A DNA stretch of 64,000 nucleotides, from assembly GCF_964213995.1 (NCBI RefSeq), contig NC_135811.1, positions 77,500,001 to 77,564,000 on the forward strand, written 5' to 3'. Source of the stretch: Mustelus asterias (taxonomy: Eukaryota). The position numbers and the translations under genes are program-made. Below, one piece after another: positions 1 through 11,000 of the stretch. The stretch's first letter is position 1. Each line of letters starts with the position of its first letter. Below the pieces are notes generated by a model. It was not told the origin of the DNA, did not search any database, and saw only the letters and a program-made list of their open reading frames with translations.

Positions 1-320
1 CAGCATGGTGGCACAATGGTTGGCACTGCTGCCTCACATCACCAGGGACCCGGTTTCAGTTCCAGTCTTGGGTGACTGTGTGGAGTTTCTGTGTTCTCCC
101 TGTGTCTGCGTGGGTTTCCTCCCACTGTCCAAAGATGTACAGGTTGGGTGGATTGGCGATGCTTAATTGCCCCAAAGTGTCCCAAGATGTGTAGTATAGG
201 GGGATTAGTGGAGTAAAAACGTGGGGTTATGAAGATAGGGCCTGGTTTGGATGATCTGTCAGAGAATCAATTCAGGTTCAAAGACAAAATAGCCTCCTTC
301 TGCAATGTCGGGATTCTATG
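1..320 (+). mobile_element. tRNA-derived V-SINE (HE1-like)
   Basis: tRNA-like head, V-domain (tgtggagtt...tctccctgtgtctgcgtgggtttcc), gattctatg tail. Confidence 0.8.
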
Positions 321-1229
321 GGACAACCCAGAATTCAGAGCCAGAGGTTGTGTCTCCACCATAACTCTCAAGTGAATTTGAACTTTCCAACCTTTGAATC
401 CAAGGCAGGATTACAAACTCTATCATTCCAAAATCTCATTTCAAGCATGGATGAGATTCTGTAGAACAGATTTCTGAAGATTCTCCATCTTTTAGATTTT
501 AAAAAAAGTTATTTTTCAATTGAATGTGGACAAAGGCAGGGTATATTTGCTAATAATAAGTAAAACATTATCCATTTGCAGATGAATAAAGACAAATTGT
601 ACTTGAATGTGATTAAATGACAATGATCAGAAACAGACCTCAGTTTTTCTCAGTGCAAGGTGAAAGATGAGCCCATGAAGAACGGAATGATCAAAAGAAA
701 GACTGAAGTGAGTAACAATGGAATAGAGCGGAAGGGAGGATTACTTTGTGAATCTGTCTGGAAGTAGAAAATTTAGTCGGCTTAGATGGTTTGAATGCAA
801 CATCAGGAGTGTAGAGAGAAGAAATAAACCACAATTTTCAACAATGTTTGGGAATAGGTATTGACGAATAGCCCATTCCACTTAATGCCTGCAGTTACCC
901 CCTTCTCTTTCTGTTTAACCCCTCAAGTTTGACCCCTCGCTCAAGAGGGAGAATATAGAGTTGAATACCAGAAGACTAAACAAGCTGTCATGCCTAGGAA
1001 ACAGAAAATTGAGCCCATTGGGTTCAAAGGGATTTATGTGTTTTGCCTGGAGCGGGAATATCAAACATTGCAGAGAGGAAAATAGATTATTGAAGGAGTA
1101 TCAGTAACAGCGACAGGGAGAGCAATTCAGATCATTTAGAGTCAAAGGGTGTGATCTTACCGGCTCGCTGTGCCCGTTGATTAGCATAACGAGCTGGATA
1201 GATAGCGTGAGAGGCCAAAGATCCGATTC

Positions 1230-2155
1230 ATGAATTGGATTGGTATCTTCCCGGCCCTGTTTTACTGGTGAGAATGGCTTCGCATCCAGGAAGGGCTCAT
1301 TAACACAGGATTGCCTGGATCTCCATATAATTAGGGAATCCGGCACAGCTGCTTCTCCCCTCCCGGATGCTTCCAACCTCACCAGTAGGCAGTGCCTGCC
1401 TCGTAGTGCCCACCTGGCATCATGGCCATGCCCACCTAGCACCCTAGCAGTACTCACCTGGCACCATGGCAGTGCCCAGCTGGCACTCTGGCACCATATG
1501 ACAGAGGCAGTACCAAGGGGATAGGGTCTATATGGGGGTGGAGCATGAGTGGGGGAGTGAGGCTGTGTTAGGGGGCTATGAGTGGAGTCTATGCACAATG
1601 ACTATGAGGGGCGTCTATGCACTCTGACAGAGAGCTATGCGCAATGACAAGGGGCTATGCATGGGTGGGCCTATCAGGAGGGAGGGTCATTTTGGAGGTT
1701 GCTAAGCAGGGGGATTGTTCAAGGGGTATCGTGCAGGAGTGGGTCATGGAGGGGGTCATCATGGGTGGTGGGGAGCCATGCCAGTGTCAACCAGGGGATT
1801 TACCTGGAGGGCTCTGATGCCCCGATGCCAATGAGCCGTGTCAGTTTGGGGAATACCAATGCTGTTAATGAAGGGGGTGCTCCAATGTCCGTTGGGAGAC
1901 AGGAGTGAGAGGAGGTTTTCCAGTTCACCAGCAGGTTGGGGAACGCCGCAAAATGGCGCCCAAGCACTCTGAAGCCAGCTCCCCCGGCATATTTAACCTC
2001 CTCCACCCCTTTGTACCGGCGTAAGTCTCCCAGCTGTCAGAAAAATTGACATAGTGCCGAAAGATTGCAGTGCCAAGTTGCTGAAAATGTTGGCATGGAG
2101 GACTCCTTCTTTCTCATCATTGAGACACAGAAATGTTTTGGGAAAATTCCGCCCA
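1230..2155. mobile_element. Degenerate GC-rich non-autonomous DNA element
   Basis: GC-rich island ending gggaaaattccgccc, similar to the terminus of the 6.2-7.3 kb element. Left end unclear. Confidence 0.4.
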
Positions 2156-2229
2156 TTGAGTTTTACAGCACAAAAGAGGCCCTTTGGCCCATCATGTCTG
2201 CTTCGGCCATTGAGTACCTATCTATTTTC

Positions 2230-3385
2230 ATCCCATTTTCCAGCACTTGATCCATAGCTTTGCATGCTACAGCACTACAAGTGCTCATCTAAATACTTCT
2301 TAAATGTTTTGAGGAAGACCACCTCTACCACCCTTTCAGGTAGTGAATTCTCAACACCCTCTGGGTGAAACAAATTCTCCTCAAATCCCCTCTAAATGCT
2401 GACTATCCCTGATTAATCTTTGCCTCTCCAAATGGATATTAATTCTCTCCCTCTGAATTTTGTTCTAATAATTTCTCCACCACTGATGTTAGGCTCACTG
2501 ACCTGTAATTACTTGGTTTATCTCTACTTCCCTTGTTGAATAATGGTACCACGTTAGCTTTCCTCCTGCCCTCTGGCATGTCTCCTGTCGTAGTCATGAT
2601 GTGGAACACAGGAACTGCATGTGGAACTGCAGGAAAGGATGTCCTGAGGCATGGTACATTGGGGAAACTATGCAGACGCTGCGACAACGGATGAATGAAC
2701 ACCGCTCGACAATCACCAGGCAAGACTGTTCTCTTCCTGTTGGGGAGCACTTCACCGGTCACGGGCATTCGGCCTCTGATATTCGGGTAAGCATTCTCCA
2801 AGGTGGCCTTCGCGACACACGACGGCGCAGAGTCGCTGAGCAGAAACTGATAGCCAAGTTCTGCACACACAAGGATGGCCTCAACTGGGATATTGGGTTC
2901 ATGTCCCACTATTTGTAACCCCCACAGTTGCCTGGAACTGCAGAGTCTGGAGACAATACACATCTTTTTAGCCTGTCTTGATGCTCTCTCCACTCACATT
3001 GTTTTGTTTCTTAAAGACTTGATTAGCTGTAAGTATTCGCATTCCAACCATTATTCATGTAAATTGAGTCTGTGTCTTTATATGCCCTGTTTGTGAACAG
3101 AATTCCCACTCACCTGAAGAAGGGGCTTGGAGCTCCGAAAGCTTATGTGGCTTTTGCTACCAAATAAACCTGTTGGACTTTAACCTGGTGTTGTTAAACT
3201 TCTTAATGTCTCCTGTGGCCAGAGAGGATTGCAAATTAGTGTCAGAGCCCCTGCAATCTTTTCCCTTGCATCCCACAGCAACCTGGGATACATCTCAACT
3301 GGGCCTGGGGATTTATCCACTCTTAAACCCACTGAAACCATTAATATCTCCTCCCTCCCAATGCTGATTGCTTCAATGATATCAT
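2230..3385 (-). mobile_element. CR1 LINE fragments interrupted by a Penelope element
   Basis: ANVVPLFNKGSRDKPSNYRSVSLTSVV and LRVDKSPGP are CR1 ORF2 motifs; atgtctcctgt occurs on both sides of the Penelope insert. Confidence 0.8.
2600..3205 (+). mobile_element. Penelope-like element 3' end (GIY-YIG endonuclease plus terminal repeat)
   Basis: YIGET...RMNEHR...EQKLI...GLN is the PLE endonuclease signature; the downstream repeat carries a hammerhead-like motif. Confidence 0.88.
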
Positions 3386-3631
3386 ATTTATAGTGAAGAG
3401 AGAGACCAATGGACACAAATGAGTAATGTGTAATATAAAATACAATTTATTTGCACAAACATATTTCATTCAATATAAAACATTTTATAAATATATTATT
3501 GATTTTCCAACTTTTAATAAATATCCAATAAATTAATGTTTCTTTTTGAACTCACTTCACACATTGTATAAAACTGTAACAATCCATTACACAAAGCCAT
3601 CACAGTGATAAATACAAATACATTAAAATGA

Positions 3632-3830
3632 TTTGATGTGGAGATGCCGGCGTTGGACTGGGGTGGGCACAGTATGAAGTCTCACAACACCAGGTTAAAG
3701 TCCAACAGGTTTATTTAGTATCACGAGCTTTCGGAGCGCTGCTCCTTCATCAGGTGAGGAGTACCGCTCCAAAGGCTTGTGATGCCAAATAAACCTACTG
3801 GACTTTAACCTGGTGTAGTGGGACTTCTTA
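3632..3830. mobile_element. Short Penelope-derived inverted-repeat element
   Basis: Two inverted copies of the PLE terminal repeat (caccaggttaaagtcca / tggactttaacctggtg). Confidence 0.75.
3721..3757 (-). ncRNA. Minimal type I hammerhead ribozyme motif (PLE-derived)
   Basis: TCAC-CTGATGA-A-GGAGC agc GCTCC-GAA-AGCT-C-GTGA: canonical core, stem II, palindromic stem III, CUC site, 4-bp stem I. Confidence 0.65.
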
Positions 3831-4035
3831 AAATGACATACAATTAACCGAAATGGTGACCTCGTGGAGAACAGAAATGTAAAGGTTAGTGTGGAACAGG
3901 GATGGAATCAGGAGTTTGCATCCCCACCCTTGAGACTGAGGAAACCTGGAAGTCAAAGCTGAGAATGGGCCGGACCATTCCAATGCAGATTTGTCACTGG
4001 AAGTTCAGCAGTTACACTAAGCAGCTCAGTGGAAA

Positions 4036-4355
4036 TAGAATCATAGAATAGAATCATAGAATCCCTACAGTGCAGAAGGAGGCCATTCAACCCATCGAGT
4101 CTGCACTGACTCTCCGATAGATCATCTTACCCAGGCCCTATCCTCATAACTCCATACTTTTACCCCACCGATCCCCCCAAACTACACTCCTTGGGACACT
4201 AAGGGACAATTCAGCATGGCCAATCCATCTAACCTGCACATCTTTGCACTGTGGGAAGAAACCGGAGCACCCAGAGGAAACCCACACAGTCACCCAAGGC
4301 CAGAATCGAACCTGGGTCCCTGGTGCTGTGAGGCAGCAGTGTTAACCACTGCAGC
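4036..4355 (-). mobile_element. V-SINE (HE1-like)
   Basis: Reverse-complement SINE with (catagaat)n tail. Confidence 0.8.
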
Positions 4356-5013
4356 CCCAAATGAAGTGGAGTTTTGAGCTTTCAAGCTGACGGAATTGTT
4401 TAATGACATAAATACTGTGCACATGAAACATAATACTTCTTTAAAAATTGAGGCCTTTCAAATAGCTTATTATCATTTCAGCCTGTAAAGACATGAGAAA
4501 TATTCAGTTCCTTTTTGATTTTTGATTTTATACCTTCAAAGTTGTAAAATCTGTGGTACAAGGACATTGTGGTGATCAATTTAACTGAAGACAGATAAAG
4601 ATGAGGAGCAAGAAGGATTAAAGTCAGCTAGTTGGGCAGCTCAGAAATTTCACAGTGGAAAAGTCAGCCAATGGAATAAAATGCCCAAAAGAGCAAACCT
4701 GGATTGAAACGTTTCATTGTCACCCCTGGCAGCCAATAAAGGAAGGGGCAGAATTATTTTCTCTTGGATTTCCCCTCGTGAAACATTTAGCATTTCATCA
4801 TAGAAAACCATCGCAGCAATAAATATTAATAGATTAGAATAAATAATTAAACATAAAATAACATAATTCTTTGCTCTTCATCAGTCACCAAACATCAAAG
4901 TTTCACCACAGCGATACAGTAAAATACATGTTACGATATCATTATATTTTATCAGTAGCAGCTCATTTAAATTAATTATTCTAGTTTCTACGAAACATGG
5001 GGTTGGATTTTTT

Positions 5014-8000
5014 TCACGTTCTTCTGCTGATTTGTGCCATTACGAAAAGGAGCTGTTGTAATCGGGCTCTAGTCTCAGTGTGGATTATTTCCCAGGCGCA
5101 GTTGCTGAATCCCTGAAAAAGTGAAACAAACATTCAGGAAACCCCATTTGAAAATGGACAGATTTGAATACAGTTAAATTAACTACATGCCAGTAATCCC
5201 ACTCTCAAATTTCAATTGTCCCACCTTCTGTTTGAGAAACTTCCTCAGTTTCCTGAAGTATTTTTGAATGGTGGAGTTTCTCCTCAGCCTATGCTCTGAC
5301 CCTGGATTCCTGACACATTCTTCCAGCTCACTGAGCTGCCGATCCAGGAAAAGCCGGACGTTTTCCACCTTGTCCCGGGCCCATGTAACTGAGCCCAGAT
5401 TCATGCTGTAAATCTTGTTGATGTGTCGCAGGGTTTGATGGACAATCTGGATCCTGTCCTGTGTCTGGACAAAATATACACAATGCCATTAGAGAGAACA
5501 TGTTCCCTTTTAACCAGCAAAGTACAATTTGCACGGTTAATCCTTCACTGTTACTCTGGAGAAGCTAAGGATTGATGTAACACCACTGAAGCTGTTGCTC
5601 CATCTGATTGATGGTACAGTGGTTAGCACAGCTGCTTCACAGCACCAGGGACCCAGGTTCGATTGCTGGCTTAGGTCACTGTCTGTGTGAAGTTTGCATG
5701 TTCTCCCCGTGTCTGCGTGGGTTTCCTCCGGGTGCTCCAGTTTCCTCCGAAAGACGTGCTCGTTAGGTGCATTGGCCTGAATATGGGCCTGATAGTAGCG
5801 ACTAGGGAAATTTCACAGTAACTTCATTGCAGCGTTAATGTAAGCCTTACTTGTGAGTAATAAATATACTTTCAAATGTAGTTACTAGGAGGTACAAGCT
5901 TGCATTGATGCAGATTGTACACTCTAACTGGCACCGAATATCTGCCACCTGGACAAGTACTTTGAGACCTCACACCCCATTTAGCCCAGTCCATGCACAG
6001 TTCCAATTTGCCCCATGTTGCCAACAATGGCTTGCATTTATATTTCACGTTTAACACAGCGAACAATCTCAAGGTTCCCGGGAGAATTACCAATCAGGGA
6101 GTTGGTGAGGTAGTGGTATTGCCACTGGATTTGTAATCCAGAGACTCAGGGGACATGGGTTCAATTCCCACTATGGCAGAGGGTGAAATTTGGGCCACAA
6201 TTCTTCCATCACAACATGCAACTTTTCTGGTGGGTCATGGTGGGAGATGTGCGTTGCTGACCTTGTTCCGGGATTTGCACATTCGCTGGGGACACATGCG
6301 CATCTCCCAGAACTGGTGAACAGTCACCGGTCAGACCACACTGGAAACGGGCGTGAAGACAGGTAAGTCATTTGAATCTGTTTTAAATGTATTTTAAATA
6401 TGTTTTCAATCTAATTATCGGGAACTTTCTGGTCCCGATTGAATCTCCCACCCAGCTAGGAGTACTTCATTATGGCAGGGTTTAGACTAGCTCCCCATGT
6501 TCGAGGGACTAGCGAGAAACCCTGCCGGAGGGGGGGCAATTGGGGCCCTCCAGCGGGTCGGTTGGTGGGGGTGGTGCCCCCTGGGCATAGGCACCCTGGC
6601 AGTGCCAGCCTGTGTCCCCTGGCACTGCCCAAGGGGCAAAGTGTCCAGGCCCAGGAGGCAGCTTCACACTGCCCATTTGGCATCGGGCAGTGCCGAGAGG
6701 GCGGGGCCTATTGTGAGCAGGGCCCCGGGTGATCAGTGGGAGTGGGGGGGTTCCACTGCCACTCTGCAGACAGGATCGGTCTGGGATGAAGGGAGGGCAG
6801 TGATTGGGGTGTGTTGGAGGGGTGGGTGGTCTGCCAAGGGGGGGCCCTGCCTCTGGGGGGAGGGTCTGACCCCGGGGGAGCGGTATTAGCGGGGGGGGGG
6901 GGGTCTGCCGGGTTGAATGGGTGGGGGGATTGCCACTGCTGGGGGGAAGTGGGCTGTACATCAGGGTGCTCCAGGGTGCGGAGGTCAGGGCTGGACCGGG
7001 AATTGCTGTGCGGGCCGTGATTGGGCCGTGGGGGTGGGGGGGGGGGGGGGTGGGGGGGGCGGGTGGGGGGGGAGGGGGGTTTGTTGGAGGGGCAGCATTG
7101 CGGGGTTCCCAGGCTGGCCAGCAAACGGGGAGACTGACAGATCGGGGCCACTGCATGCACAGAGTTCCAGAACCGTCAGACTCCAGCGTTAATAGGTCCC
7201 GCCCCCGGGTTTTAATGATATTCACGATTGGGTCTTCTTCAGTGCACAGAGTGCGGAGATTCGGGTGAGAAGCTGAACTGACAAAACAGTCGGATCTAGA
7301 ACAGTTTTTCCGCCAATTCAGCACTTTTGGGAGAATTGCGGCCTTGATTTCAATAAAAATCTGGAATTAGAAGTCCAATGATAACCATGAAAGTATTGTC
7401 GACTGTCGTTAAAAAAAACCCCATCTGAATGAAAATAAGCCCCATCTGGTCCTTTAGGGAATGAAATCTGCCGTCCTTAGCTCGTCTGGCCTACATGTGA
7501 CTTCAGAGCCTCAGCAATGTGGTTGACTCTTAAATGGGCAATAAATGCTGGCCCAGCCAGTGACACTCACATTCCACAAAGGAAACGGAGAGTTCGCTTC
7601 AGAGTGCAGAGAGACTTAGGCAGCTGAAGGCATGGCCACCAATAGCAGAGCAATGGACATCCAGAATGTGCATGAAATGAAAATTGGATGTAACATAGAA
7701 TCATAGAATCCCTACAGTGCTGAAGGAGACCATTCGGCCCATTCAGCCTGCACCAACAACAATCCCACCCTACCCCTGTAACCCCACATATTTACCTTGC
7801 CAATTCCCCTGACACTAAGGGTCAATTTGGCATGGCCAATCAACCTAACCTGCACATCTACGGAATGTGGGAGGAAACCGGAGCACCCGAAGGAAACCCA
7901 CGCAGACACAGGGAGAATGTGCAGACTCCACACAGACAGTGACCCCAGGCCTGAATTCAACCTGGGTCCCTGGTGCTGTGAGGCAGCAGTGCTAACCACT

Positions 8001-11000
8001 GTGCCACCATGCCCACATCTGGAAGCTTGGAGGAAGTCACAGAAATACGAGGGCCAAAACCATGGAGAGATTTCACACGAAGCATCAGAAAGTAAAAAAA
8101 TACTGTTTCCTGTTCCGAGAATACAGAAGGATTTGATTTGATTTATTATTGCCACATGTATTAGTATGCAGTGAGAAGTATTTTTTCAATATTTTAGTTA
8201 CAATATTGTTTTCAATAGAAGGGATGGTTGAATTGTGCGAGTTGGGATATTTCGATATACTAAAGCTGGGTTATATTGCAGCATAGTAAGAAGTTTAACA
8301 ACACCAGGTTAAAGTCCAACAGGTTTATTTGGTAGCAAAAGCCACAAGCTTTCGGAGCCTTAAGCTCCTTCTTCAGGTGAGTGGGAATTCTGTTCACAAA
8401 CAGGGCATATAAAGACACAAATTCAATTTACAGAATAATGGTTGGAATGCAAATACTTACAGCTAATCAAGTCTTAAAGGTACAAACAATGTGAGTGGAG
8501 AGAGCATTAAGGCAGGTTTTGTCTTCATGCTCTCTCCACTCACATTGTTTGTACCTTTAAGACTTGATTAGCTGTAAGTATTCACATTCCAACCATTATT
8601 CTGTAAATTGAGTTTATGTCTTTATATGCCCTGTTTGTGAACAGAATTCCCACTCACCTGAAGAAGGAGCTTAAGGCTCCGAAAGCTTGTGGCTTTTGCT
8701 ACCAAATAAACCTGTTGGACTTTAACCTGGTGTTGTTCAACTTACTGTATTTACCCCAGTCCAACGCCGGCATCTCCACATTATATTACAGCAGTCATGT
8801 GAGGAAGTTCAAGTTTACAGAGGATGAAAGGTGGCTGGGTGACGTGGCCAGTATTAGAATAATGGAGTCTCGACACCATACACCAGACTGAGGGAATGGA
8901 GACGTGGGCCTTTCTTTGGGGTTCCTAAACTGCGCGGCGTGAGTTCAACCCTGACTCAGAGAGGACCAGATTCAATTTCACCGATACTTTCACAGCAATG
9001 AGTGGCCCGCTTTGTAAATCCTGGATTACGGTTGTTCGCCTTAATCAGGTTTTACGTAAAATTCTGTCAGAATGAATGAAAATAAGCCCCAGTGTTCGCT
9101 CACCTGCAACCCCTCCGACAGTCTCACAAGATCCAGGGGCTTGGTTTTCAGCGCAAACCTCTCCCTGACACATTGTCGAGGGAAGCGACCGGCCTGAGAG
9201 AAAAGACAAACACTGTCTCAGACGACAAACCCAAGCAGCAATGCTGGAGAATCGCTAACAATTAACTGAAAGCCGAGAAACACGTTCCCTGTTTTTTTTT
9301 CCAAAAACAAACGCACCCTGTGTGAATCGGAATTTGCTCAGGAAGCAGGTTAAACTCGCCAAAGGCATGATCAACCCGAGTTGGGGATCAGACTGCGGCC
9401 GGATCCGGGTTCAACTCCGAACAATAATTATTTTCAAACGAGTGAAACACCGGAGTGGAAATACAGCCTCGCGTGAACCCAGCCTGAACAGTCCAGTCCT
9501 GTGTGTGTGTGTGTGTGTGAGACTATGTGTGTGTGTGTCTCTTTCTGTGTGCCTGTTTGTGTGTCTATCTGTACGTTTCTGTTATGTCTGTGTCTGTGTG
9601 TCTGTTTCTGTATGTCTGTTTCAGTGTGTCTGTTTGTATCTGTGTGTGTCTGTTTCTATGTGCCCGTGAATGTTTGTGTCTGTGTGTGCATGTCTGTGTC
9701 TGTCTGTACGAGTGTCTGCGTGTGTGCCTGTGTGCATGTCTGTTTCTGTGTGCGTGCCGTTCTGTGTCTCTCTATGTATGTCTGTAATTGTCTCTCTGTG
9801 TGTCTCTGTGGGTCTTGTCTCTGTGAATATCTGTGTGTATGTGTGTGTGTTTCTCTGTGTCTGTGTTTGTGTGTGTGTGTCTCTGTGGTTTGTCTGTCTG
9901 TCTCTCTCTCTTTCTCTCTGTGTATCCGTGTCTATGTGTGGACTGTGCTGGGAGGAACTGTCCCTGCTATGCTGTCGCAGGGACTGGCGATTACATTTAA
10001 AAAGTGAAATCTGGTAGCGGGAGTTTTGGAAGTTCTTCAGGAGAGGAATAGTTAGTCAGCTCCCTGTCTGAGGTAAGGAATCTGAAAGCTGGAGATTCCG
10101 GAACCAGGGACTGGAAGATCCCCGAGAGAAAAATCACAAACAGCGCTCGGTTCCAGCTCAAAGTTCCAACAATCTGGATTAATATTATTAATATCCATTT
10201 TGTAAAAGCAGATTATTTCCTTCAAGTTGATCGGATTCCCTTCATTGGGGCATCATAGGCTGCTTTGATCATCATTCTTTTTCAAAATCACAAATTAAAT
10301 CCTATGTGACTGTAACCGAAGTTAACCTCCCCTCCCCCCCTCCTCCCGCCCCTCCCCCCACCCCCAGGTCCTACTTGATCTGCCTGCACACTTTGACACG
10401 CTTCAATGCATCAGCATCCCCCAGGCCTCTGCACCACTGTCCGGTTGTGGGGGAAGTGGGGTAGGGGTGGTGGGGTGGGGTGGGGTGCTCCACTCGCTTG
10501 CTTTTATTCTTATCCATCTAAACGTAGCCAGAGAAACTCCTGCAATTGCTTCTGTTCCCGCTGTCGAGCGGTTTCGTTACCTCTGGTGTCCCCCAAGGAT
10601 GAATCCTTGGCCTCTCCTCCCTCTCATCTACATCCTGCCTCTCAGATCATCTGTAAACCCTCGGTCAATTTTAACATGTGTCGATCATACCAATTGGAGA
10701 TGACCTTATTGAAACATAGACGATTCTCAGGGAGCTTGACTGGGTGGATGCTGAGACGATGTTTCCCCCTCGTTGCGGAATCTTGAACTAGGGGGCACAG
10801 TTTAAAAATAAGGCGTCTCCCATTTAGGGTGGAAGTAAAGAGGAATTTCTTGTCTCAGAGGGTCATTAGTCTTTGGAATTCTCTTCCGTAGAAAACAGCC
10901 CCCTTAGCCATTGAAGATGTTTCAAGGCTAATCCACATGGAAGTCAAATGTTATAGGGGGAAGACAGGGAAAGTGAGGTTAAAGCTGCCAATTGATCAGT

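Noticed and set aside
1-80. tRNA genes at SINE heads
   Set aside because: They continue into V-SINE bodies and have no complete cloverleaf.
5183-5404. Single-exon MNLGSVTW... ORFs (also at 19247, 30114, 39918, 48205, 58938) as standalone genes
   Set aside because: They are parts of IFN exon 3 running on into the intron.
6456-7324. Overlapping Pro/Gly-rich ORFs up to 271 aa
   Set aside because: Artefact of a GC-rich repeat with G-runs; open in many frames, with no recognisable domain.
9322-10017. Cys/Val-rich ORFs
   Set aside because: Translations of the GT microsatellite.
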